A stretch of 64,000 nt of DNA from Antedon mediterranea. Its lineage: Eukaryota > Animalia > Echinodermata. The translations under genes and the position numbers were made by a program. The notes below the pieces were generated by a model, which saw nothing but the letters and a program-made list of their open reading frames with translations, was not told the origin of the DNA and searched no databases. Below are positions 13,501 to 23,600 of the stretch, in pieces. How positions within the stretch are numbered: the stretch's first letter is position 1; each line of letters begins with the position of its first letter. Location: the NCBI RefSeq assembly GCF_964355755.1, contig NC_092678.1, positions 11,158,352-11,222,351 on the forward strand. Direction: 5' to 3'.

Positions 13501-16500
13501 AAACCTCAGCAAAATTCCAAGTAGACTGTTAATTTGGTTCGGACCGGGCAACAAACGTTCATTCAATGATATACCTTGATATATGGCAGAACAATCAAAT
13601 ACCACTCTTATTTGACCAGGTTTTTTTGGGTGATATATTCCCGTGTGTGGTACATAGTTTATTCTTCCGATAACAGGCTTTGTGTCTTTAGGAACTTCTT
13701 CCGCTACATCAGCCAGTACATCCTTCATGAAACCTAAATAATCTCTCATGAACTCTGGTTGCTTTGTAAATCGTTTCCTCAGACCGTTGAATCGTTTAAC
13801 AGCCAATGGTTTATTATCAGGAAGATTTACATTTGGTGAACGGAGTGGTAATGGCATCTCGTAATGTCCGTCACTTCTCTGACGAATATTATCACTTAGG
13901 ATATTCAGAAACCGTCTTTCTTCAACTGACATGGAAACGCCAACACCTCTATCTGAAAAATCAACTTCCATCATTTCTTTAATGTGAATTGGTAATATTA
14001 TTTCTTTGTGTTTAACCGTGTTAGTAATGTAGGAGACCAAACGATGAGACGTAACATCCTCCGGTTTACAAATGGTGCCAATTATTCCCCAGCCAAGTAT
14101 AGATTGTTGAGCATATGGATGGTTTTCTTCACCAGCAATAATGTTCCGAGGTCGTAGTACACAGGGCACATTATTTCCTATCAACAAGGCAACTGGAACA
14201 TCTTGCATATGAGGAACAATTTTATCAGCAATTTGTTTTAGGTGATCCCACTTGCTCGCTACCTCTGGTGTCGGTATCTGCGACCTTTTAGCTGGTATGC
14301 TGTCTCTCGTGTAGACGGCTGGTAGAGGTATTACTTCTTTCCTGTCAAAGCTTACTATTTCGAGATCAGCTACCCTCATACAATCTATTAAGGAACATGA
14401 AGCATGCATGGTAGAAAGTTTAAGTTGTGCGGGATGAGATTTCACACCCAGTTTACCAACCATATCTTCTTTAATGAAGCAGGTATTGCTTTGTGAGTCT
14501 AAGATACAGTAAACCAGTCTTTCGGATATACTACCTCTACCTCTAACCCATACCGGTAAAATCATAGAGTTATCATTGCATACGGTTTCATCTCCGCATA
14601 CCACAGTGCATTTGCCATCCACACTCGCTAGCTTGTCGAAGTGAAGACAGGATATATGGCCTTTGCTATTACAGTGATGGCATTTCACCTCAGTCTTGCA
14701 GTGCGCTGCAAAATGACCACCAGTACCACACCTAAAGCATAATTTGGATGCAAAGATAAATTTCTTCTTTGTATGCACTGGCTGAACCTTAAAGGAATCA
14801 CATTTGTCTAATGAATGCGAGGACTTACAAAAGGGACATGTAGTAGGTGCCTCACTCTTCTTTTGGTCTGTTTTGATGTTCTCAGTTTCCGTCGATACAT
14901 CTGTTTTCAAAGTCAAATGGCTGGATTTTCTTGGTTTGTGGTCCTCCTTTGCATAACGAGAAGAATCCTTCATCTGTCTCGTAGCTTCCAGCATAGGAAG
15001 ATTAGCTTCTTCTGCCTTATTTGTCAAAAAGACAGCAAATTGCGCAAAGGATGGACTTATTTGATTCTTTTGACACGAAGCCACTATCCCTCTCCATTTG
15101 GTCTCAATGTAAACTGGCAACTTATTAAGAATCTTGCAATTCTCCGCAGAGTAGTTAAGTATGCCTAAATCTGGGATTGTGGCCTGAGCAGTTACAATTT
15201 CATTTATGTAGTCAGAAAAGTCGCGTAACCCTACGTGATCTCTTCCATTAATCTTGGGCCAGGAATCCAACTTCTTCATGAATGCCTGTGCTAAAACGGA
15301 GCTGTGACCATACCTATTGCGCAACTCTTGCCTAGCCTTCAAGTACGCATTTTCCGTTCCAAGTAACAAGTAGTTCTCCACCAAACTTTTTGGTTTACCA
15401 TCCAGATGTTGTCTTAGCAGATACAATTTTTCATTAACTGAGACCGCCTTACATTCTATCAAGGAAGAGAATGCTGCTTCCCACGTAGGAAACTTCAGTG
15501 GGTTTCCATCAAATTTCTCCACTACAACAGGCGGTAGCTTAAATGAATCGGTAAGTTGACGTAAAATGTTAGTGTCATAAATGGATACTTGATCTGGTCG
15601 CACATCAGCTGCAGGCACACCTACAGTAGACGACTGAATAGATACTACAGGTACACTCTTAGATGATGATATAGAAGTTGTGTTAATTGATGAAGTATAT
15701 AGATGCGTCGAAGGTGTAGTGCCAGATGACACACACACCGGAACAGGAAGGTAAGTCATTGGTGCTGCACTAAATGGCACGTAAGTACTAGGTACTTCTG
15801 ACGACGCACAAATTGGAACGTAATTTGACGTGGGCTGTATACTCACTGACGCTGTACAAACTGGTAAGTAATTCACAGGTACACCAACTGACGACGCACT
15901 TGTAGCGTAAGTTGACGTCGCACACACAGGCACGTAGGTAGAGGTGTAAATTGGAACGTACAGTGATGGTACATTAGCATAAATTGAACTTGCAGGAACT
16001 GTGTACGCCTGAGAAGCTGTTGAATTAATATTAAAGTTAGTTGCAGGCATTGTACTAGAAGCATTAATATTTGGGACCTTGGTAACAGTAGTGTTGCGTA
16101 CATCTGCAAATGATAATGGTTGGTTAATGTTAGTGGAAATAATATGGGTGGAAGTGTCTATTGCCGACTTTGCAATATAAGTAGAAGTGGCAGAGGTACG
16201 TACAGTCACACTCGTGGTTGTAGATACATTTGAGGAAGGAATAGTAAATTGAGCCGATTCTGCAACAGATTTAGATCTTGCCACAACTGCCGTTGGTTCA
16301 CCAACCGCCTTTGGTAGATCATCAAGAAATTTCTGCAACCCAAGAGGAATGTAATCATCGTCATCGCCACTTAGCAATGCCTGTGAGTCATCACTCACTA
16401 CATCCTCCTCACGCAAGACATCTATTCTAGCTTCCATCTTTGCTAACTCCTTCTGTTGCTCAATCAAAGTAGTTTCAAACTCAATTTCTAACATCTTCTC

Positions 16501-17142
16501 CTCCATCTTAAATTTATGTTCTGCCGCTTCACGTTCAACCTTAAGTTTATGTTCTTTAAGTTTGTGTTCCATTCCACTAAATTCTAATTCAGCTTTCAAT
16601 TCTGCCCTTTTGGCTTCTTCGAGAATTCTTAAGTGTTCCCTTTTTGCACTTGACGAAGATCTCCGGGAAGTAGAAGAAGCATTAGATGACTGTTTCGACT
16701 TCCGAAACGAATGTCTTGATGAATGAGAGTGATGTGAAGAATGTTGTGTTGAGTGCCTAGAGGAATTACTTTTTACTGAACGACATGGTTTCACACTAGC
16801 TTGTACATTACCAGATGTATCTACACCTAGATTCTCAGCTTCGGCAACTTGACCTCGTCGATGCAGATCTTTTGTCACTTCATTATGCGACAACTGCAAC
16901 ATATTAGTGTATTCTTCTCTTTCAACAACATTCAAAAGTGGACAGAGCTCTGAGTATACTTCACGCAGTATTATCTCCTGGTCTACCATGTCACTTATGA
17001 TACCCTCATTTGGTTCTACGGCGTCACTCACAGCGTCTATAAGTCTGTGCAACCGCCTCCTTTCACTAGTAAAGGCCCTAATCTTCACATCACGATTATA
17101 TTCGAGACCCTTCTCGGTTAACGTTCTCTCTCTTTTCTCCAT
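10594..17142 (-). CDS. BEL/Pao Gag-Pol polyprotein (Gag, three Cys/His knuckles, aspartic protease, RT, RNase H, integrase), 2182 aa
   Basis: FDGNPLKF Gag region; CPFC..H..C, CFRC..H..C and CHHC..H..LH knuckles; LDSQS protease; RVVFDCS, HLFGATSSP and FYVDDGL RT motifs; HHFSDAS, TIPRLEL and WTDS RNase H; GVDLFGP, SDQGTNF and GGVWER integrase; C-terminal W.LGRI..RPIHKL. No stops or frameshifts. Confidence 0.97.
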   Translation of the reverse strand: MEKRERTLTEKGLEYNRDVKIRAFTSERRRLHRLIDAVSDAVEPNEGIISDMVDQEIILREVYSELCPLLNVVEREEYTNMLQLSHNEVTKDLHRRGQVAEAENLGVDTSGNVQASVKPCRSVKSNSSRHSTQHSSHHSHSSRHSFRKSKQSSNASSTSRRSSSSAKREHLRILEEAKRAELKAELEFSGMEHKLKEHKLKVEREAAEHKFKMEEKMLEIEFETTLIEQQKELAKMEARIDVLREEDVVSDDSQALLSGDDDDYIPLGLQKFLDDLPKAVGEPTAVVARSKSVAESAQFTIPSSNVSTTTSVTVRTSATSTYIAKSAIDTSTHIISTNINQPLSFADVRNTTVTKVPNINASSTMPATNFNINSTASQAYTVPASSIYANVPSLYVPIYTSTYVPVCATSTYATSASSVGVPVNYLPVCTASVSIQPTSNYVPICASSEVPSTYVPFSAAPMTYLPVPVCVSSGTTPSTHLYTSSINTTSISSSKSVPVVSIQSSTVGVPAADVRPDQVSIYDTNILRQLTDSFKLPPVVVEKFDGNPLKFPTWEAAFSSLIECKAVSVNEKLYLLRQHLDGKPKSLVENYLLLGTENAYLKARQELRNRYGHSSVLAQAFMKKLDSWPKINGRDHVGLRDFSDYINEIVTAQATIPDLGILNYSAENCKILNKLPVYIETKWRGIVASCQKNQISPSFAQFAVFLTNKAEEANLPMLEATRQMKDSSRYAKEDHKPRKSSHLTLKTDVSTETENIKTDQKKSEAPTTCPFCKSSHSLDKCDSFKVQPVHTKKKFIFASKLCFRCGTGGHFAAHCKTEVKCHHCNSKGHISCLHFDKLASVDGKCTVVCGDETVCNDNSMILPVWVRGRGSISERLVYCILDSQSNTCFIKEDMVGKLGVKSHPAQLKLSTMHASCSLIDCMRVADLEIVSFDRKEVIPLPAVYTRDSIPAKRSQIPTPEVASKWDHLKQIADKIVPHMQDVPVALLIGNNVPCVLRPRNIIAGEENHPYAQQSILGWGIIGTICKPEDVTSHRLVSYITNTVKHKEIILPIHIKEMMEVDFSDRGVGVSMSVEERRFLNILSDNIRQRSDGHYEMPLPLRSPNVNLPDNKPLAVKRFNGLRKRFTKQPEFMRDYLGFMKDVLADVAEEVPKDTKPVIGRINYVPHTGIYHPKKPGQIRVVFDCSAIYQGISLNERLLPGPNQINSLLGILLRFRQENVAIMADIKGMFHQFFVANADRDLLRFLWFKDNNPNNEVIEYRMMVHLFGATSSPGCSNFGLKRAAEDGEKFYGKEAANFIKNDFYVDDGLKSLSTADEAIRLIQNSTGICAKAGLRLHKWISNDRKVLSCIPEGQRGKSLYNINVKSDTLPIERVLGVSWCIESDEFKFRVQLNDYLPTRRNVLKTVCSIYDPLGFIAPVLIVAKMVLQSVCAQNLDWDDPLGPEEQSKWERWCEDIKNLNTLSIPRCYKPINFKAVTAECHHFSDASEAAYGQCSYLRLIDGDGKAAVSFLLGKARVTPANKKITIPRLELNAAVVSARVSHILKNEMDIKVPIKDYFWTDSKVVLGYIQNVATRYQMFVGNRVQQIHDQTDVDDWHYINSLDNPSDEASRGLTTLKLLTTSKWIGGPDFLKQDGELKCLRQNAVDEEATKLVSTEFKRSFAVTAVITSKNDVIGRIIKKFSKWKMVKIVIARLLNLKTRLITAAKIKLKTYGIMNKLSGDFIPTVDDLQVAETIIIRSVQCEHYLPEFNVLQNFKDDLPDRDVAKSKKFALKNSRLCKLHPILDESGILRVGGRIHYSSMPMEIKHPIIIPKYSPLMTLLVDHHHKKVNHMGRSATLNSLRQGGFWLIGAVSAVSQYLRKCVTCRRSRGQLGAQKMADLPIDRLSESPPFTYCGVDLFGPFIIKERRSRVKRYGVIFTCMASRAIHLESVNSLETNSFINALRRFLSIRGPVYQMRSDQGTNFVGAINEFSKVQNFLRDQQCRWILNVPSASHMGGVWERQIRTVRSALTPLLNSCGDHLCDETFRTFLCEVQSIVNSRPLTVNNLSDPTAPEALTPNHLLTMKSNILLPPPGEFQASDIYCRRRWRRVQFMANQFWHRWRNEYLTTLQTRQTWNVTRRNFCVGDIVIIKDENAPRNDWKLGRIVEVMKSKDDLVRKVKLRHQSGHYERPIHKLILLVASDS

Positions 17143-17157
17143 AATTATTACTATATA

Positions 17158-17173
17158 ATTATTTTTCTTTTAC
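17158..17173 (-). other. Primer-binding-site position, non-tRNA type (GTAAAAGAAAAATAAT), complementary to LTR positions 17405-17420
   Basis: Directly abuts the 5' LTR, lacks TGG, and is a 16/16 reverse complement of an LTR-internal sequence. Confidence 0.75.
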
Positions 17174-17665
17174 TTTAATTGGATCTACCAATTAGGTCAG
17201 CTGCTGTTGATTCCTTGTTTTAATGTACGCAGCTCTCACAACATACAGAAATTAAAAGAGTAAAATTAATGTTTAAAGTACTTCCTTTAATATGCACCAT
17301 CCACAATAATGTCAACATTTGCAAAGTAATTCCAAAACAAAGTAAAATCCCAGAGATATCCAATAGTAATAAAGTGTAAATAATAAACTGTAGAGCTAGA
17401 GCTGGTAAAAGAAAAATAATGGCTGCTGTGCACTTGCACAGACCTGTACCCTTGCACAGGCAAACAACAACTGAACAGAACAAAAGAAAATTAGGACAAA
17501 GGAAAACAAAGGAGAAACAGCACACTGTGCACACTTGGCAAATAATATGTAAATGAGAATGCAAATAAGAAAGTAACAGAATAAATGAATATTCATAGGG
17601 CAGAAACTTCTATTATAATAGGAACTAAAGTAATATAAAATAAATACATGCACTCTGCAGTAACA
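17174..17665 (-). repeat. 5' LTR of the BEL element (492 bp)
   Basis: Matches 9891-10382. Sense ATTAAA poly(A)-like signal near 17218-17223 and a U5 hairpin at 17176-17194. Confidence 0.97.
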
Positions 17666-20600
17666 GATTAATTACTGGCCATTGTATTGAGTTGTACCAT
17701 TGAATGGAACAAAATGATTAATTACTGGCCATTGTATTGAGTTGTACCCTTGAATGGAACAAAATGATTAATTACTGGCCATTGAATTGAGTTGTACCAT
17801 TGAATGGAACAAAATGATTAATTACTGGCCATTGTATTAAGTTGTACCATTGAATGGAACAAAATGATTAATTATTGGCCATTGTATTGAGTTGTACAAT
17901 TGAATGGAAAAAAATGATTAATTACTGGCCATTGTATTGACTTGTACCATTGAATGGAACAAAATGATTAATTACTGGCCATTGTATTGAGTTGTACCAT
18001 TGAATTGAATAAAATGACTAATTACTGGCCATTGTATTGAGTTGTACCATTGAATGGAACAAAATGATTAATTACTGGCCATTGTATTGAGTTGTACCAT
18101 TGAATGGAACAAAATGATTAATTACTGGCCATTGTATTGAGTTGTACCATTGAATGGAACAAAATGATTAATTACTGGCCATTGTATTGAGTTGTACCAT
18201 TGAATGGAACAAAATGATTAATTACTGGCCATTGTATTGAGTTGTACCATTGAATGGAACAAAATGATTAATTACTGGCCATTGTATTGAGTTGTACCAT
18301 TGAATGGAACAAAATGATTAATTACTGGCCATTGTATTGAGTTGTACCATTGAATGGAGCAAAATGCTTAATTACTGGCCATTGTATTGAGTTATGCCAT
18401 TGAATGGAACAAAATGCTTAATTACTGGCCATTGTATTGAGTTGTACCATTGAATGGAACAAAATGATTAATTACTAACCATTGTATTGAGTTGTACCAT
18501 TGAATGGAACAAAATGATAACTTACTGGCCATTTTATTGAGTTGTACCATTGAAGGGAACAAATGATTAATTACTGGCCATTGTATTGAGTTGTACCATT
18601 GAATGGAACAAAATGATTACTTACTGGCCATTTTATTGAGTTGTACCATTGAAGGGAACAAATGATTAATTACTGGCCATTGTATTGAGTTGTACCATTG
18701 AATGGAACAAAATGATTAATTACTGGCCATTGTATTGAGTTGTACCATTGAATGGAACGAAATGATTAATTACTGGCCATTGTATTGAGTTGTACCATTG
18801 AATGGAACAAAATGATTAATTACTAACCATTGTATTGAGTTGTACCATTGAATGGAACAAAATGATTAATTACTAACCATTGTATTGAGTTGTACCATTG
18901 AATGGAACAAAATGATTAATTACTAACCATTGTATTGGGTTGTACCATTGAATGGAACAAAATGATTACTTACTGGCCATTTTATTGAGTTGTACCATTG
19001 AAGGGAACAAATGATTAATTACTGGCCATTGTATTGAGTTGTACCATTGAATGGAACAAAATGATTAATTACTGGCCATTGAATTGAGTTGTGCCATTGA
19101 ATGGAACAAAATGATTAATTACTGGCCATTGTATTAAGTTGTACCATTGAATGGAAAAAAATGATTAATTACTGGCCATTGTATTGAGTTGTACCATTGA
19201 ATGGAACAAAATGATTAATTATTGGCCATTGTATTGAGTTGTACTATTGAATGGAACAAAATGATTAATTACTAACCATTGCATTGAGTTGTACTATTGA
19301 ATGGAACAAAATGATTAATTACTAACCATTGTATTGAGTTGTACCATTGAATGGAACAAAATGATTAATTACTGACCATTGAATGGAACAAAATGATTAA
19401 TTACTGGCCATTGTATTGAGTTGTACCATTGAATTGAACAAAATGATTAATTACTGGCCATTGTATTGAATTGTGCTATTGAATTGAACAAAATGATTAA
19501 TTACTGGCCATTGTATTGAGTTGTACCATTGAATGGAACAAAATGATTAATTACTGGCCATTGTATTGACTTGTACCATTGAATGGAACAAAATGATTAA
19601 TTACTGGCCAATGTATTGAGTTGTACCATTGAATGGAACGAAATGATTAATTACTGGCCATTCTATTGAGTTGTACCATTGAATGGAACAAAATGATTAA
19701 TTACTAACCATTGTATTGAGTTGTACCATTGAATGGAACAAAATGATTAATTACTGGCCATTGAATTGAGTTGTACCATTGAATGGAACAAAATGATTAA
19801 TTACTGGCCATTGTATTGAGTTGTACCCTTGAATGGAACAAAATGATTAATTACTGGCCATTGAATTGAGTTGTACCATTGAATGGAACAAAATGATTAA
19901 TTATTGGCCATTGTATTGAGTTGTACCATTGAATGGAAAAAAATGATTAATTACTGGCCATTGTATTGAGTTGTACCATTGAATTGAACAAAATGATTAA
20001 TTACTGTCCATTGTATTGAGTTGTACCATTGAATGGAACAAAATGATTAATTACTGGCCATTGTATTGAGTTGTACCATTGAATGGAACAAAATGATTAA
20101 TTACTGGCCATTGTATTGAGTTGTACCATTGAATGGAACAAAATGATTAATTACTGGCCATTGTATTGAGTTGTACCATTGAATGGAGCAAAATGCTTAA
20201 TTACTGGCCATTGTATTGAGTTGTACCATTGAATGGAAAAAAATGCTTAATTACTGGCCATTGTATTGAGTTGTACCATTGAATGGAACAAAATGATTAA
20301 TTACTGGCCATTGTATTGATTTGTATCATTGAATGGAACAAATGATTAATTACTGGCCATTGTATTGAGTTGTACCATTGAATGGAACAAACTGATTAAT
20401 TACTGGCCATTGTATTGAGTTGTACCATTGAATGGAACAAAATGATTAATTACTGGCCATTGTATTGAGTTTTACCATTGAATGGAACAAAATGATTAAT
20501 TACTGGCCATTGTATTGAGTTGTACCCTTGAATGGAACAAAATGATTAATTACTGGCCATTATATTGAGTTGTACCATTGAATGGAACAAAATGATTAAT

Positions 20601-23600
20601 TACTGGCCATTGTATTGAGTTGTACCATTGAATGGAACAAAATGATTAATTACTGGCAATTGTATTGAGTTGTACCATTGAATGGAACAAACTGATTAAT
20701 TACTGGCCATTGTATTGAGTTGTACCATTGAATGGAACAAAATGATTAATTACAGGCCATTGTATTGAGTTTTACCATTGAATGGAACAAAATGATTAAT
20801 TACTGGCCATTGTATTGAGTTGTACCATTGAATGGAACAAAATGATTAATTACTGGCCATTGTATTGAGTTGTACCATTGAATGGAACGAAATGATTAAT
20901 TACTGGCCATTGTATTGAGTTGTACCATTGAATGGAACAAAATGATTAATTACTAACCATTGTATTGGGTTGTACCATTGAATGGAACAAAATGATTACT
21001 TACTGGCCATTTTATTGAGTTGTACCATTGAAGGGAACAAATGATTAATTACTGGCCATTGTATTGAGTTGTACCATTGAATGGAACAAAATGATTAATT
21101 ACTGGCCATTGAATTGAGTTGTACCATTGAATGGAACAAAATGATTAATTACTGGCCATTGTATTAAGTTGTACCATTGAATGGAAAAAAATGAATAATT
21201 ACTGGCCATTGTATTGAGTTGTACCATTGAATGGAACAAAATGATTAATTATTGGCCATTGTATTGAGTTGTACTATTGAATGAAACAAAATGATTAATT
21301 ACTAACCATTGCATTGAGTTGTACTATTGAATGGAACAAAATGATTAATTACTAACCATTGTATTGAGTTGTACCATTGAATGGAACAAAATGATTAATT
21401 ACTGACCATTGAATGGAACAAAATGATTAATTACTGGCCATTGTATTGAGTTGTACCATTGAATTGAACAAAATGATTAATTACTGGCCATTGTATTGAA
21501 TTGTGCTATTGAATTGAACAAAATGATTAATTACTGGCCATTGTATTGAGTTGTACCATTGAATGGAACAAAATGATTAATTACTGGCCATTGTATTGAC
21601 TTGTACCATTGAATGGAACAAAATGATTAATTACTGGCCATTGTATTGAGTTGTACCATTGAATGGAACGAAATGATTAATTACTGGCCATTCTATTGAG
21701 TTGTACCATTGAATGGAACAAAATGATTAATTACTAACCATTGTATTGAGTTGTACCATTGAATGGAACAAAATGATTAATTACTGGCCATTGAATTGAG
21801 TTGTACCATTGAATGGAACAAAATGATTAATTACTAGCCATTGTATTGAGTTGTACCCTTGAATGGAACAAAATGATTAATTACTGGCCATTGAATTGAG
21901 TTGTACCATTGAATGGAACAAAATGATTAATTATTGGCCATTGTATTGAGTTGTACCATTGAATGGAAAAAAATGATTAATTACTGGCCATTGTATTGAG
22001 TTGTACCATTGAATTGAACAAAATGATTAATTACTGTCCATTGTATTGAGTTGTACCATTGAATGGAACAAAATGATTAATTACTGGCCATTGTATTGAG
22101 TTGTACCATTGAATGGAACAAAATGATTAATTACTGGCCATTGTATTGAGTTGTACCATTGAATGGAACAAAATGATTAATTACTGGCCATTGTATTGAG
22201 TTGTACCATTGAATGGAGCAAAATGCTTAATTACTGGCCATTGTATTGAGTTGTACCATTGAATGGAACAAAATGCTTAATTACTGGCCATTGTATTGAG
22301 TTGTACCATTGAATGGAACAAAATGATTAATTACTGGCCATTGTATTGATTTGTATCATTGAATGGAACAAATGATTAATTACTGGCCATTGTATTGAGT
22401 TGTACCATTGAATGGAACAAACTGATTAATTACTGGCCATTGTATTGAGTTGTACCATTGAATGGAACAAAATGATTAATTACTGGCCATTGTATTGAGT
22501 TTTACCATTGAATGGAACAAAATGATTAATTACTGGCCATTGTATTGAGTTGTACCCTTGAATGGAACAAAATGATTAATTACTGGCCATTATATTGAGT
22601 TGTACCAATGAATGGAACGAAATGATTAATTACTGGCCATTGTATTTAGTTGTACCATTGAATGGAACAAAATGATTAATTATTGGCCATTGTATTGAGT
22701 TGTACTATTGAATGGAACAAAATGATTAATTACTAACCATTGCATTGAGTTGTACTATTGAATGGAACAAAATGATTAATTACTAACCATTGTATTGAGT
22801 TGTACCATTGAATGGAACAAAATGATTAATTACTGACCATTGAATGGAACAAAATGATTAATTACTGGCCATTGTATTGAGTTGTACCATTGAATTGAAC
22901 AAAATGATTAATTGCTGGCCATTGAATTGAGTTGTACCATTGAATGGAACAAAATGATTAATTACTGGCCATTGTATTGAGTTGTACCCTTGAATGGAAC
23001 AAAATGATTAATTATTGGCCATTGTATTGAGTTGTACCATTCAATGGAACAAAATAATTACTTACTGGCCATTTTTTTGAGTTGTACCATTGAAGGGAAC
23101 AAATGATTAATTACTGGCAATTGTATTGAGTTGTACCATTGAATGGAACAAAATGATTAATTACTGGCCATTGTATTGAGTTGTACCATTGAATGGAACA
23201 AAATGATTAATTACTGGCCATTGTATTGAGTTGTACCATTGAATGGAACAAAATGATTAATTATTGGCCATTGTATTGAGTTGTACTATTGAATGGAACA
23301 AAATGATTAATTACTAACCATTGCATTGAGTTGTACTATTGAATGGAACAAAATGATTAATTATTGGTCATTGTATTGAGTTGTACCATTGAATGGAAAA
23401 AAATGATTAATTACTGGCCATTGTATTGAGTTGTACCATTGAATTGAACAAAATGATTAATTACTGGCCATTGTATTGAGTTGTACCATTGAATGGAACA
23501 AAATGATTATTTACTGGCAATTGTATTGAGTTCTACCATTGAATGGAACAAAATGATTAATTACTGGCCATTTTATTGAGTTGTACCATTGAAGGGAACA

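Larger units (their letters stand above)
9891..17665 (-). mobile_element. Full-length BEL/Pao LTR retrotransposon inserted in the satellite
   Basis: Two 492-bp LTRs, 5-bp TSD GATTA (9886-9890 and 17666-17670), single gag-pol ORF with BEL domain order, PPT-like GAGGGAGCCA before the 3' LTR. Confidence 0.97.

Noticed and set aside
10627-17158. Short plus-strand ORFs and an alternate-frame ORF overlapping gag-pol
   Set aside because: Antisense or alternate-frame shadows of a long ORF, mostly with non-ATG starts and no motifs.
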